Shown here piece after piece: positions 35,748 to 48,850 of a stretch of 64,000 bases of DNA; within the stretch, counting starts at the first letter, position 1, and each line of letters opens with the position of its first letter. The notes under the pieces were generated by a model that did not search any database, was not told the DNA's origin, and worked only from the letters and a program-made list of their open reading frames with translations. The position numbers and the translations under genes were made by a program. Origin of the DNA: Epiperipatus broadwayi (Eukaryota > Animalia > Onychophora); contig JAQFVV010000006.1 of the NCBI GenBank assembly GCA_028023455.1, positions 6,634,001 to 6,698,000 on the forward strand, in the 5' to 3' direction.

Positions 35748-36290
35748 TTTTGACTTGCCACATAAGCTAGATATCTCAAACACTTCAATCTCCATATCCA
35801 CATTGGCAACATCATACTCTTCTTTACAATCCCATCAAACAAGATAAGGATTGATTTCTATCCATTTGTAATAACTTGTGGAATTTTGACTTGCCACATA
35901 AGCTAGATATCTCAAACACTTCAATCTCCATATCCACATTGGCAACATCATACTCTTCTTTACAATCCCATCAAACAAGATAAGGATTGATTTCTATCCA
36001 TTTGTAATAACTTGTGGAATTTTGACTTGCCACATAAGCTAGATATCTCAAACACTTCAATCTCCATATCCACATTTGCAACATCATACTCTTCTTTACA
36101 ATCCCATCAAACAAGATAAGGATTGATTTCTATCCATTTGTAATAACTTGTGGAATTTTGACTTGACACATAAACTAGATATTTCAAACACTTCAATCTC
36201 AATATCCATAGTGGCAATATGATACTCTTCATTAGAGTTCCACCAAACAAGATAAGGATTGAATTCTATCCATTTGTAATAATTTGTGGA
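35748..36290. repeat. Tandem repeat, 136-bp unit, about 4 copies
   Basis: TGACTTG(C/A)CACATAA at 35751, 35887, 36023 and 36159; first three units nearly identical. Confidence 0.96.
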
Positions 36291-36489
36291 AAGGTGAATA
36301 ATTGTAATTCTGCAGTGATATTTTCATTTTTTTTTTCAGTTTTCATTCATTTGTGTAAAAACCAGTTATGAAATGATGGAATTGATGTGAGAAATGAGTT
36401 CACAAAAAACCCCAAAAAAAAATATTAGGACCACATTATTAAGTTTTAAAAAACATATTGCTACTACACAAATAGGAATGTAAATGTAT

Positions 36490-37010
36490 AAATCTCATCA
36501 AAACAGGTATCATGAGAAATAGAATCTCATCAAATACGGATATCATGTGATTAAAATCTATCAAACATGATCATCATGTGAATAGAATCTGATCCAATAT
36601 ATCATGAGAAAAAGAATCTCATCAAATACAGATATCATGTGATTAAAATCTATCAAACATGATTATCATGTGAATAGAATCTGATCCAATATATCATGAG
36701 AAAAAGAATCTCATCAAATACAGATATCATGTGATTAAAATCTATCAATCATGATCATCATGTGAATAGAATCTGATCCAATATATCATGAGAAAAAAAT
36801 CTCATCAAATACAGATATCATGTGATTAAAATCTATCAAACATGATCATCATGTGAATAGAATCTGATCCAATAGGGACATCATGGGAATGGAGTCTTAA
36901 AAACATGTGAACAGAATCTCATCAAACACAGACATCCTACGAATAGAAGAAAAATTTATCAAACATAGACAACATATGAAGAAAATCTCATCAAACACAT
37001 CATGTGAATA
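36490..37010. repeat. Higher-order tandem repeat: 92-bp unit of three 30-bp subunits
   Basis: TATCATGTGATTAAAATC at 36541, 36633, 36725 and 36816; subunits ATCATG(A/T)GA..AGAATCT.ATC.AA. Confidence 0.93.
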
Positions 37011-37857
37011 GTATATGAAAGGCCTAATGTTATACGCTGCAATAAGTGAGCAATAAAGTTTTATAGTGTTATAAATAGATTGTAGGTAATGACCCCATGG
37101 TTATTTTAATATAATATTTAACAATCAAATAAAAATATATGAAATAAAAAGTCGTTTAGATTATTGTACTATAAATAGGGGCTGTTCTCTCAGTTAAGGC
37201 TAAATTTAAATTATGACATTCGATAAAAAAAAATCACTTCGTCAATGAAGTAGAATTAATTTGTACTGCCTGTATCTTTGGTATTCAAACACCAAACCCC
37301 TGCACAACTAATAATTATTTAATGATTATGTTGTTGTGGTTGTATAATTTTTCAGTATCAACATTTGTTTTTAAAAACTGTACAGACATTAGCCATTAAG
37401 ATCTCATATACATTTAATACCAAGGTAACCAAGAACCACCTTAATTCACTATAGACCCTGCTAACTAATATGAAGAGTTGCAATGAAACTGATGGAGAAT
37501 GACCATAGTAAAATTTAATCTGTACTTGTCGAACCACCAGGTTAAATAAATCACAACATTTCTTTATTTGTCTTCAACAGCTGCATTATAAGTGATAATT
37601 TATTCCATTTATACCATCCTAAGCCTTGTGATGATTATTCAAGAATATACGATGAGGGGTTATCTCTCCCCCCAAAAAAAACCCAGAATCCTTCTCTGGT
37701 AAGCAAGCATGTTGTAGTACAGGTTTAAATTACTAGATACCTCTTAAGGGGACTCTCTACATCAGTCTTCTGACCAGCATCATCGAGTAAAGTAATGGTG
37801 CCATTTAGTAAATGCACATCTTGCTTATTTATTGATTTTTTTTTGGGGGGGGGGAAT

Positions 37858-38470
37858 TGGAACAATGGGAAATTCTGTTTTTGATTAGAGAAAATAGAGA
37901 AAACAGTTGTAATGCTTGGAATAGCCTTACGAGCAAGCTGCTCTGAAGAAAATACAAATTTAGAAGTGGTTTAATGGATGAGTTCAAATTCCCCATGTTC
38001 CAAAAGAATGTGAAGTGTTCAATACAAGCTCAGTATGTTACTGATTTTATTTGAACCAAATGGCATTATTTCTTCACAATGGGCACATGTTTTACCTACA
38101 AGTTATGAAACATTGGTATAATGCTGTGAAATGAAAACACCCAATCTGTGGCCAAGTGGGAGATAATAGCTTCACTATGACTCTGTGCAAGAGCACAAAG
38201 CCTTGAGCATAAAGCAATTTTCAATTATAAACAGCATGACTCAGCTTATCCATCAGCCATATTCACCCAATCTCATACTGAGTAACTTCTTTTTATTCCC
38301 TTGAAGGAAACAGTACCTCAAAAAAGCTATGCAGACTTGGAAGAGGTAAATAAAAAACAATATGCATTAAAAGGCATCACTTTGAAAGAGCATTAGAACT
38401 GCTGTGAAAAATTGAAAACATATTGAGAATGGTGTGTTGTATCAAATAAACAATATTTTAAAGGAAATTC
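37858..38470 (+). mobile_element. Mariner transposase pseudogene, internally deleted
   Basis: Remnants KFCF*LEK..KTVVML..AYEQAALKKIQI*KWF, HYDSVQEHKALSIKQF and MTQLIHQPYSPNLILSNFFLFP match mariner HTH, HDNA and HPPYSPDLAPSDFFLFP motifs. Confidence 0.85.
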
Positions 38471-39094
38471 AATTTGTTACATTTAAAACTGACTTTTAGT
38501 TTCAAATAACAACTTTGTTCACACTAAGAAGATACATATGGATATCATTTAACCTCTTTTTATTACAAAATTCCAGAGTTTTAAAGTATCCCTTCATAGA
38601 GTAAAAAGAAGAAACTGCTGATTCAAAAAGCTAACATCGAAAGCAAACATAGAAAATCATATAATTGAAAAGTGTCTTCAATTAACCTAAAATTGAAATC
38701 ACTAAAATTTATAGCTACAACTCCAGAGCCATATTTGTATAATTCAGCAGACATTCAGGTAGAGTTTCAAAACTTTGGGCTGTTTTTAGATCCCACATAT
38801 GTGTAAAAGATGATGGTTAGACTATGAGGGTAGGTTTTTTTTTCTTATTCAAATCAACTGATTGCAGTTTTCCAAAAGACAGAAATTAGTATCAAGAATG
38901 TGTATATAATACTGCAATCAGTTGATTTGAATTAATACCATGAAAAATTATGATATATATGATGGAACCGAAAACTTCCATTTAATAAACTAAACAGGTT
39001 CTTTTATTCTGCTGAAAATTGATTCAGAAACCTTCAGTTCTTTAATGCATAACTTTACTATAGTAACAAAGTAGAGATTTTATTTAGTCAATGG

Positions 39095-39570
39095 GCACCA
39101 GGTGGTGTCAATGCTTCCAAGCTTTCATGATTAAGATTCGAACAGGATCTTTAGCAACAAGTGAATATACATATAAATGGAAAAAGGTGGGTGATTTAGT
39201 CTGCAAGTTATGTAAGGAAGGCTTAGAAAATATAAAGCATCTGTTAATTGAATATAAATGCCTTTTATTAGAAATGATACAAATAATGAAGTTGTGGAAG
39301 AAAAAATATAAACAAAGTGATTATACAGAAAGTAGGTTCTTGGTTTTTATGCTGGGTTTGGAAAAAGATAAGGGAGATTTAGATATAAAGGCCATGGAGT
39401 TAATAAAGAATTTGTGGAAAATGGGTTGGAGCAAGATAGAGAAGAATATGGGAAAACATAGGGTGGAGAATGAAAAGGAGAGGTAAGGTGGCAAACAGGT
39501 TTCTCTGGGCATAATGGCTGAGAGATTCCTGGCTCTAAAAAAAAAAGCCACAGTCATCATATTGCATCAC
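39095..39570 (+). mobile_element. Non-LTR retrotransposon 3' end with CCHC-like motif (RTE/RTEX-like, clade uncertain)
   Basis: ORF 39091-39486 IRTGSLAT..DLVCKLCKEGLENIKHLLIEYKC; homologous to 43825-44290 and 47285-47700 (minus). Confidence 0.7.
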
Positions 39571-42034
39571 ATAAGATTACTACACTGATGTTGTTCTTTG
39601 TATGCCAGCCTTTCATATCTAAATGAACTCAGGTTTAAGCATTGAGTTATCAATTGAACCCTCATTTAAAATTTACTGCCTATTTAATGATATATAACTA
39701 CTGTGATCAAAGACGTATCCAATACCCAAAACGCATGAAAGTCAACATTCTGACCATGGTTATATTTTAAGTAAGTCTGTGTATTAATTTCAAAATTGTA
39801 TTTTTTCTGTGAGATTAGGTCAGTGCTAAAATGTTAGACTCTGGATTTCAGATCTTCCAATCAATTCCAGTTCTGGCACTTCCAGCATTTGAACATCTTA
39901 TGAACTCTTGTGACATCATATTGATGGACAAGGTTTGGTAGTTTGGATTCAAACTCTAAATGTTAACTTTCACATCGTGAGCTTGAATAACTCTAATAGG
40001 GATATAAATGATTGGTGTAATTTTTTAGTCAGCAGGATTATTTCCAAATAAACAAAGGCCAAGTCTATAGACCTTAATTATACTACCATCTTGAATTTAT
40101 TAAAGCGTTAGTTTGCTTAGTTGTTTTCAGTTGCTTAAGAGGTCAAATGATATTTGGACATCAAAATTGTAAAGAATAACAATTTTTATTTAAAAAACCA
40201 AGTATTTCTTTTTTTCTTAATTACGATTATTTCAAGACAATTTACCCACAATGCAATTTCTTGCTCATTAAAATCGAGTGAAAGGATACCATACTATGTA
40301 TCTAATGTGTATATATATATATTATTATTATTATTATTAATCTGATTACTTGAAGGCAGGATAAAAAGCTAGGCAGCAAGATGTTATAAACAATCATAAT
40401 TGGTGATAATCTGCCAGTTCTTGTTACCTTCCTCACAAAATTAATTCTAGAATCAATTTGAAAGTTATAGCACCTCATTATTTATTCATTTTATCCCAAT
40501 CTTCCTGTGGATTTCTGAATCCAGGAGTAGAAGATCAACCGCTTTGTCTATTATTAACTATGAATTTTTGAATGAATTTTAAATTTTGTGGAGTAAACCT
40601 TTTTAATTTGATTAACATATTTTAATCATTTTTTCGTTTTACTTTAATCTAAAAATGAACATACTTAAAATGCCAAAAGTAATTCTCCATGACTGACAGA
40701 CACAAATCAAACATTAAGTCATAAGGGCTATTTTGACATCTGCTTTACTCATGTTTTAATTCGAATGCAGTTTTAGAATGTACATTTTAAAGTACAATTA
40801 GTGATGTATCTTGGATATAATATTATTAGTTACAACTAATTTAAGACAGTCATCCAACATAAACGGTTCTCTATTCCTGCCTGAAACTATATATATTTGT
40901 AAACTTTATAAAATATACATATATCCACACATCCATAACTTTAAAAAATATACAATCAAATATTAATAAAAAATATTAGAAAATAACTCTGTTGTTAAAA
41001 AAACAACAATATAGAAATAAAATCAAGAGAAAGGGAGCAATTACATAACTGCATAAGCAAAACAAGAAAATAAAAAACAAATATGATACATGAAAGCACT
41101 CATACAGGCGATCACGATCAGAATTTGTTAATTCAAATTTATGTTTTGCTATTTTTAATATGTTTCAAGCACTGAGTTATCAAGATTCTAGACCCTAAGT
41201 CATGGTGTTGGCAGGGGGAGGGGACTTACTATATAAAATAAAGTGGAATGAACATTTAATTTATTAAGAACCATGTATTATATTATATTAAATGTTATAT
41301 AAAATAAGATCTGAAAATATACGTTGAACAAATTATTTTGATCACATGCCAAATTTGCATTTACCTTTTGAAGGTTTTATTATGCTAACCTCTACAAGAA
41401 TTTATTAATGATTGCCAAGATAGATTTAGATCAATTGTTTTTTGGCTATGATATATTGTTTGTAAAGAAATATTTGATATCTTGATAATTTTATAGCAGA
41501 TTGATTAACAAGCATGTCATGTGACAAACAAGTAGACCATATGGCAAACATGTTTTAACATTTACTGAATAAATTTCAAAATGTTCATACTATTTTATGG
41601 TAGTATTTTTTATATCAATATCACATGATCTCATGTGCTTCCAAGAACAATTATTGTTATCTTATTTTAGAGACATCTACTGTAAGTTGAAGTAATTGTG
41701 GGGCATCAGATGTAGAGAGCTAAAAATCCCTATACCCAGACAGATTCTGGTTTAATCATCATCAGTTAATACTGATATCAATCTTATAACTTTGCAAATG
41801 GTGATAGTCTGGGTTTGAAACCTAAGGGTTTACAAATTTTTCAGGTTATTCATTGGAACTACCAAAAAATAAATGATAGCTGTGAGCCAACTTTGAATCC
41901 TGGTCTTCACTAATGAAAACAATAGGTGGAACCTTGTTGGGTCAACACTACATCATTATGTCCATTGATTATTTATACTTTTAATAGATGGCTCTAGGAT
42001 AGAGTAAAAACAATTGCTCTTACACAGTAAATTA

Positions 42035-42495
42035 AAATATCTGAAAGTTTTTCAACATCTACTAAAACATATAAAAATTAATACAAAAAAGTAATAATCA
42101 AATGTTTTGTTACTTAAGGGGCTATCTGCCAATTGAGCAATGGAAATGATAGATTGGGTTGTGATCAGAAATGTTTTATTATCGATTCAAATGTTTGAAA
42201 GTTTTTTAACATCTACTAAAACATATAGAAATTAATACAAAAAAGTAATTATCAAATGTTTTGTTACTTAAGGGGCTATATGCCAATTGAACAATGGAAA
42301 TGATAGATTGGGTTGTGATCATAAATTTTTTGTTATCAATTCAAATGTTTAAAAGTTTTTCAACATCTATTAAAACATATAGAAATTAATACAAAAAAGT
42401 AATAATCAAATGTTTTGTTACTTAAGGGGCTATATGCCAATTGAACAATGAAAATGATAGATTGGGTTGTGGTCAGAAAATTTTTATTATCGATT
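42035..42495. repeat. Tandem repeat, 154-bp unit, 3 copies
   Basis: AACATCTA(C/T)TAAAACATATA at 42054, 42208 and 42362. Confidence 0.95.
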
Positions 42496-43824
42496 CCATC
42501 TCTCTCCCAAACACTAAATCATACAGGACATGTTGAAAATTACTAAATATTATAAACAATGTTCAATACATTATTTTGCTGATGCTGTAATTATTATCTG
42601 TTTAATTTTAACCTTGATAAAACTGTTTAATTTTAACCTTGATAAAAGGTAATCAAACTTTAAATAATCCACTTCAAGGCAAAATATTCCCTGTAGTTCC
42701 TTGTACAAAAATAGCTAAGACAAAAACATTACTCACCAGGCTTGTAAATTGTATAGTGGTGAAGATTTCTATTCTTGTTTTATCCCAAGCTAAGAGTAAC
42801 TAGATACCTATTTACCAACCAATATGGAATAGCTAGCTGAATTATCTAACTAGCTGGCTAAAGAAAAAATTATAATCCTGAATATAAGTTGAAAAAAATG
42901 TTTAATTCTACTCAACTCAGATTTAAACCCGGATTATGTGCATGCCTGATGGGGGTGCTAATTATGTTTATGCTAATGACCACATTTGATTTTTAACATA
43001 TAATGAAGTTAGGGATTGAAAAGAGGTTCAAGCACATGCAGGGACAGAGTTGGAGAAGTGGTCCATAATTTTTAGGTCCCGGAGACCACCACTCTCCCAC
43101 TGCACTAATCCATATATGTAAAGGCACACAAAAATGTTCTTTAAAATTGTACTATCAAACAATAACTAAGATTTACACAAAATTATATTTATCAATATTT
43201 TTCTTTCTTTCACAGTTTCTTTCCATTTTCCTTTTACAACCACTGTCTTTAGGTTTAGGTTATTACAGAGTCTGATCTTTATGTACATCTTATGGTATCA
43301 ATCATATTTTTGTTCTAAAAGAATGAGTGATTGAACAACCACATTTCTATGTTTTAATTACATGAATAGCAGCAATTCTGATGCCAAACTTCTTTTTTTA
43401 GTGCTTTTATTTAATTTTAAAATTCTATTTATTTGGGTTCAATTTTGTAACCAATTTTGAACATACTTCTGTTGAGTGGATTTCCTTAAAATTTTATATA
43501 CTTGATACATATTGATGACAATGTAAACATGGTAATGAAATATTTTAAAGTTATCCAGCCAATAGTTCAGTCTACCAGTATTGGCAGAGTGAATTTTAAT
43601 CAGTTTTAATAAGTTTTTGCAATGCACACTAGATGGCGTATGTATATTTAAAATATATATATTTATGGAGGTCACAGTTCATCACATCACATATAACAGG
43701 TTTCGCTGGGCATAGTTTCTGAGAGATACCTGATTCCATACAAAGAGAAGTCACAGTACATCACGTCAACGTATATAGAAGTAAACAGAATATTGGATAT
43801 AAGCTAATTTATGATAATAGCAAG

Positions 43825-44290
43825 GAAAGTAGTTTACTGTTTAAGGCTCAAACAGGATCATTAGCAACAAGGGAATTTACACATAAATGGAGAAATGTGG
43901 ATGATTTAGTCTGCAAGTTATGTAAGGAAGGCACAAACATTTTTAGGCATCTGTTAATTGAATGTAACTGCTTACAAGAAAAAAAAGGATACAAATAATA
44001 AAGTTGTGGGAGAATAAATATAAACAAAGTGATTATTCAGAAAATGGATTCTTGGTTTTTATACTGGGTTTGGAAAAAAGTAAGTGGGATTTTGATATAA
44101 AGGTCATACTGGGGACAAATATAATGTTGTGGAAATGGGATGGAGCAGAATAGAGAAGAATATGAGAAAAAGTTAGGGTGGGGAATGAAAAGGTAAGATA
44201 AGGTGGCTAACAGATTTCTCTGCGCATAGTGCCTAAGAGATTTCTGACTTCAAAAAAGATGAAACCATAGTGCATCACATTGCATTCATG
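43825..44290 (+). mobile_element. Non-LTR 3' end, same family as 39095-39570
   Basis: ACAGGATCATTAGCAACAAG..GATTTAGTCTGCAAGTTATGTAAGGAAGGC is shared; a 3'UTR fragment also lies at 43695-43770. Confidence 0.75.
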
Positions 44291-46014
44291 TCAAAAGTAT
44301 TTACAGTTAATTAAAATAGATAAAAAAAAAGGAAAGGAAAAAATGTTAATTTCTTTTCATTGATGAGAAAAACTTGTTGCAGCGATAATCAAATACTGGA
44401 AATATTGATACCATTGTTCTGTCAGTTTTTTAAATTTCGGTACATAAAAGTCTGTTGCAAGGCATCTAAATAGTAAAAAACAAATATTTTTAAAAAAATG
44501 CTTTTTATTAGTACAATCAATAATACTCTAAAAACTAAAAAAAAAAGTATTATTTTTTCTTCAACTATAATTTTAAAACTTGGGGCTTCCATAAATTGAT
44601 TAATTCAATCTTTAATGAATTAATCAATTTATGAATACTTCATGCGCAACCCAAACTGTTGTTGAACATTTTTTGTTTGTTTTTAGTGGATTACTGACCA
44701 ATCTAAATAAAAGTGATATATATATATTATCTCTTATTTTCAAACTTTTTCATTTTTATCTTTCCTCTATCTTTATCCACCTCCCTTGATTGCTAATGAG
44801 GAGGATAATGTTATCAATATAATCCAAAATATAAATCAATTAAGAATTGTAATATTCAAAAGAATCAGACATTTTATTTTTGCTTAGATAAAAATATTTA
44901 TTACCTTTTATTTATAAGCATATCAAAGTTACTGTATCTACAACTTTAGTATTATCCACTCTAGATAAATAGAGTTATGATTATCACTAATCATTGATTA
45001 AACTGGAAATTATTTCTAGCCCAGATATAAACTTTAAATTTCAAAGATTAATATATCTCTTTTTTTTAATATACCATGTGCGTGTTTACTTAATTTAAAA
45101 AATCAGATATATTCATCTTTAATGGAGGTTTAAATGTTTATATCTGAGCTGGAGGAAATCTCTAGTTTAATAAATGATTAATAATAATCATTACGATATT
45201 TATCTAGAGTGGATGGTGTCAAAGTTGTGGTCGTATTAAATTTGACACTTGAAAATCAAAATGTAACAATTTTACTATTGATAAATATTGTACATGTGAT
45301 AAAGATGTATATGAGAGATGGTAATCTGGACCAACTGATTAGTTAGTGCTCGTTCAGCGCAAAGTGCGTCTAGGGTGTCATTTGTCTTTTGTTGTATCTT
45401 TATTCATATGATTTCAAAAGAATGGATGGTGGTTTGGAGATTGTTTAATACATTTATAAAAGAAAATAATGTGTTTAGGTAAGAAATATAATATATATAT
45501 ATATATGTTTAGATGTTATTATTATTATTAAAATATTGTTGAAATTGACTTTGAATAATATTTTTAAAAATTTATGCTATTATAATGATAACAATACGAT
45601 ATTTGCGAAGAAAAAAGAAAAAAACTTAAATAATATTGTGTAAATTTCTTTATTTGATGCTTACTTAAAAGTGACATAATGAGGTGTGAAAAAGCTAATT
45701 TCGAATGTTGTCGAAGCAATTATTGATTTCTTTTTAAAAAATCAATAAAAGTATTTGATCGAATATTCACATTAATCTGGAAGAAAGTAAAATTGCATTT
45801 ACGGATGAAATTGAGTTTGATCGTAGTTTACTTAAATCTTTTTACAAGACAAGCAATCAATGATGATGATGGTCAAGTGTTTCTTGATTGATCATGTGAT
45901 CCTTAATTTTCAGCAGGTCATAAAAGAGTGTTTCAGTGTATAAAAGAACGTACAATTATATATATTTAACTAGACTCACAAGCGTAAATAAATAGATTTT
46001 ATGAATAAAATGAA

Positions 46015-46410
46015 TTGAGCTGACTGACAGACAAACAGATAAATAGATGGATGAATGGATAAATTGATGTATCTATAAATGTATAGATAGATTGATAGTC
46101 AGACGAACAGATAAATAGATAGATGACTGGATGAATAAATAGATAGATGGATTGATAGATAAACAGATAGCCAGACAAATAAATATATGAATGAATAAAT
46201 GGATAAATGAGTGAATGGATGGATCAGTGGATAGATAGACAGATAAATGGATGGATGTATAGATGAATAGATAAATAAACAGATAAATGTATAAATGAAT
46301 AGATAGTCAGACAAATATATAAAAGAATGGATAAATACATAGACAAACAGATAAATGGATGGATCCATGGATGGATGGATAGATATATAGATACATAGGT
46401 AGATAAATGA
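46015..46410. repeat. Degenerate (GATA/GGAT/GACA)n low-complexity repeat
   Basis: Mixed ATAG, ATGG and ACAG tetramers; explains ORFs 46099-46368 and 46224-46427. Confidence 0.9.
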
Positions 46411-46699
46411 AATGCTACAAATAACAATTCAACTTTTTAAAATTTATCAGAGATGAATCTCTCTACCGCCAATTTACATTGATAAAATGTACAATTATAT
46501 GTTGGAAAAATAATGTTTGGACAATGTACTGAAATCCATTTGTTAAGCATATGTTAAAAAACATGGGTTAAATAATGCTGCAATAGTTTAATTAGGTTTT
46601 GAGCTAGAATTTGATTTTTTATTCACTTTATTCTAGAATTACTTAACACAATGGACAGTTATAATTTTTTTTTCATTCAAAAACTGTTCACTTTTGCTT

Positions 46700-46778
46700 A
46701 GCTGCCTTGCACGCGGTTGCTTGCAGACCGTTGTTGCGGGTTCGCTTCCAGCCGATGCTTTGACATATGAAAAAAAAA
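46700..46778 (+). mobile_element. 5'-truncated tRNA-Gly-derived short SINE
   Basis: AGCTGCCTTGCACGCGGTTGCTTGCAGACCGTTGTTGCGGGTTCGCTTCCAGCCGATGCTTTGACATATG(A)9; no clear TSD. Confidence 0.8.
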
Positions 46779-47284
46779 GTAGATGCTAATAGTAAGTATC
46801 ATGCAACTTGTCGATGACTTTAGATCAGCTACATCATATCACGTGTAAGTAAAAAATGTGACGTAACTACTTCTTGACTAATGACAAATACATATTATAT
46901 ACTATCAATATATATATTGTAGGTAAGCTTCTGTTATACATGACAAAAGGGGTAACCTAATTTAATGCAATTTATTCTATAAAATTATTCTGATGGTCAG
47001 ACAGAATACTAATTATATATAAATCTCAAAGACCATGGTCACCTTTCAAAACCATTAATCCCACACTAATTTAACTAAAAAGAAAATCCTCCATGAATAT
47101 ACACATTTATATAAGATACAGCATTCTAATAATTTTAATGAGTATATAAATAATTGTTCAGTTTATTAAATATGTAGCATTTACAATATAAACCCATTAG
47201 CAGAAAAAAACAGTTGAGAATATATTGATAAAATAATTCACAAGTAAGATTCTTAATGAGTCATTGCAACATAATTTGACTTCT

Positions 47285-48290
47285 CCTTTTTTAGAGTCAG
47301 GAATCTCTCAGCCACTATACCCAGATAAACCTGTTAGCCTCTTTAGTTTCTCTTTCCATTGTCCACCCTAAGTTTTCCCCATATTCTTCTATTCTGCTCC
47401 AGCCCATTTCCACAACATAATCTTTGTCAACTCCATGGCCTTTATATTTAAATGCCACATCTTTTCTCAAACCCAGCATAAAAACCCAGAACTTACTTTC
47501 TGCATAATCACTTTATTTACTTTTCTACAACTTCATTATTTGTACCCTTTTTGCTTGCAGGCATTTACATTCAGTTAACAGATGCCTAATATTTTCTATG
47601 CCTTCTTTACATAACTTACAGACTAAATCACCCACATTTTTTCATTTATGTATATATTCCTTTGTTGCTAAAGATCCTGTTCGAGTCTTAAACACTACTT
47701 TTCTTGCTATAAATTAACTCACATCCAATATTTTGTTTAATTTTTTATGTAATTAAACTCTTTTTACTCTCCTTACTACTAGTTCTTCATCTCTCCAATT
47801 CCCTATTCCTTACTGAATGCATCTATTCTTCTATCCCATTCCTTGCCACTATAACACTCAACCTTTCCTAACACAATCATTCCATCTTTTGTATAAATAT
47901 ACGGACACAAATTCTTTATCCACATCTTCTGCATACCATACTAACTTTCTCACTCATATTGTTAGCTGATCTTTATCATAACCCAATCAAATACTATTTT
48001 GGCTATTCTCTTATTATCCATAAATTGCAATCTATCAAAAATTTTAATTTTGCCTTTTGAATCTCTCATATAAAAACTTAGACCATCCCATTTCTCATTG
48101 AATTGCTTCTTTGCGTTTTACACATCTGCATCTAAGGTACGTTTTTCTACTTCTCTGGAACTTTCAAACTGCCCCACCTTTTCTTACACCAATGCAAATC
48201 TTTCTTGCAAATTATTTTAGCAATGTATTTAAACTTGCTTGTTTGGTGAATAGGTCTATATACAATATCAGACAATTTGAAGAGTATTTA
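47285..48290 (-). mobile_element. Longer copy of the CCHC-ending non-LTR family
   Basis: 47285-47700 mirrors 39095-39540; the extension translates in remnants as EAIQ*EMGWSKF..AKLKF..RLQFMDNKRIAKIVFDW, a post-RT region of non-LTR ORF2. Confidence 0.7.
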
Positions 48291-48297
48291 TTCTTTT

Positions 48298-48850
48298 AAT
48301 AACAGTAGTAAACTCCCCATGTAGTAGTGCCACCAAGTGTAAAACTTAGCAATCAGTGGGTGCAAGGTTTGTGCATAAAATTCTTATCAAGTGCCTAATC
48401 CAATATCCCCATACTGCTTTCTAGTTTGTGGCTTTTACTAGTTAGAAGTCTTATATTTGAGAGCACTGCATCTAGACCTTAGCCTCAGACTAGTTTCCAG
48501 CTTATGGCTTGCTCTCAAATTCAAGCTTTCTCATTGATAAATGCCATGATGAAACTATTCTGGGGATGTTGAATGAGTAGGTACTAGATAGGGATTTTAT
48601 GCACAAACCTTCTTGCATCCATTGATGGCTAAGGCTTGAACTTAGTGGTTCTGGTGCAGTGCTCTTAAATCCAAGGCTCCTCCACCAATAACACAAGTTA
48701 GAAACTGGTCTGCAAATAGATAGAGATTTTATGCACAAACCTTGAATCCATTGATAGATGACTTGCAATTGGTGAAACTACTGTATGGAGTTTTCTACTG
48801 CTATTAATAGAATCTATAAACATATGAAATGGTGATCACATGATGTTTTA
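48298..48850. mobile_element. Degenerate, rearranged family A fold-back
   Basis: Arms AAACTCCCCATGTAGTAGTGCC and ACTACTGTATGGAGTTTT; internal HHR remnants (CAGACTAGTTTCC 48487; TTAGAAACTGGTCTG 48698); tail to 48850. Confidence 0.72.

Noticed and set aside
37720-37815. Short open frames (minus QDVHLLNGTITLLDDAGQKTDVESPLKR; plus IPLKGTLYISLLTSII)
   Set aside because: Splice signals are poor on both strands and neither peptide is recognisable.
39819-39932. Apparent exon VSAKMLDSGFQIFQSIPVLALPAFEHLMNSCDIILMDK
   Set aside because: It shares AACATCTTATGAACTC and a tRNA-like head with 56335-56415, so it is more likely an old SINE; the donor is weak.
32165-42495. Tandem arrays as CRISPR arrays
   Set aside because: Whole units repeat with no unique spacers, there are no cas genes, and the context is eukaryotic.
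46099-46427. Minus-strand ORFs of 89 and 67 aa
   Set aside because: Translations of a degenerate tetranucleotide repeat.
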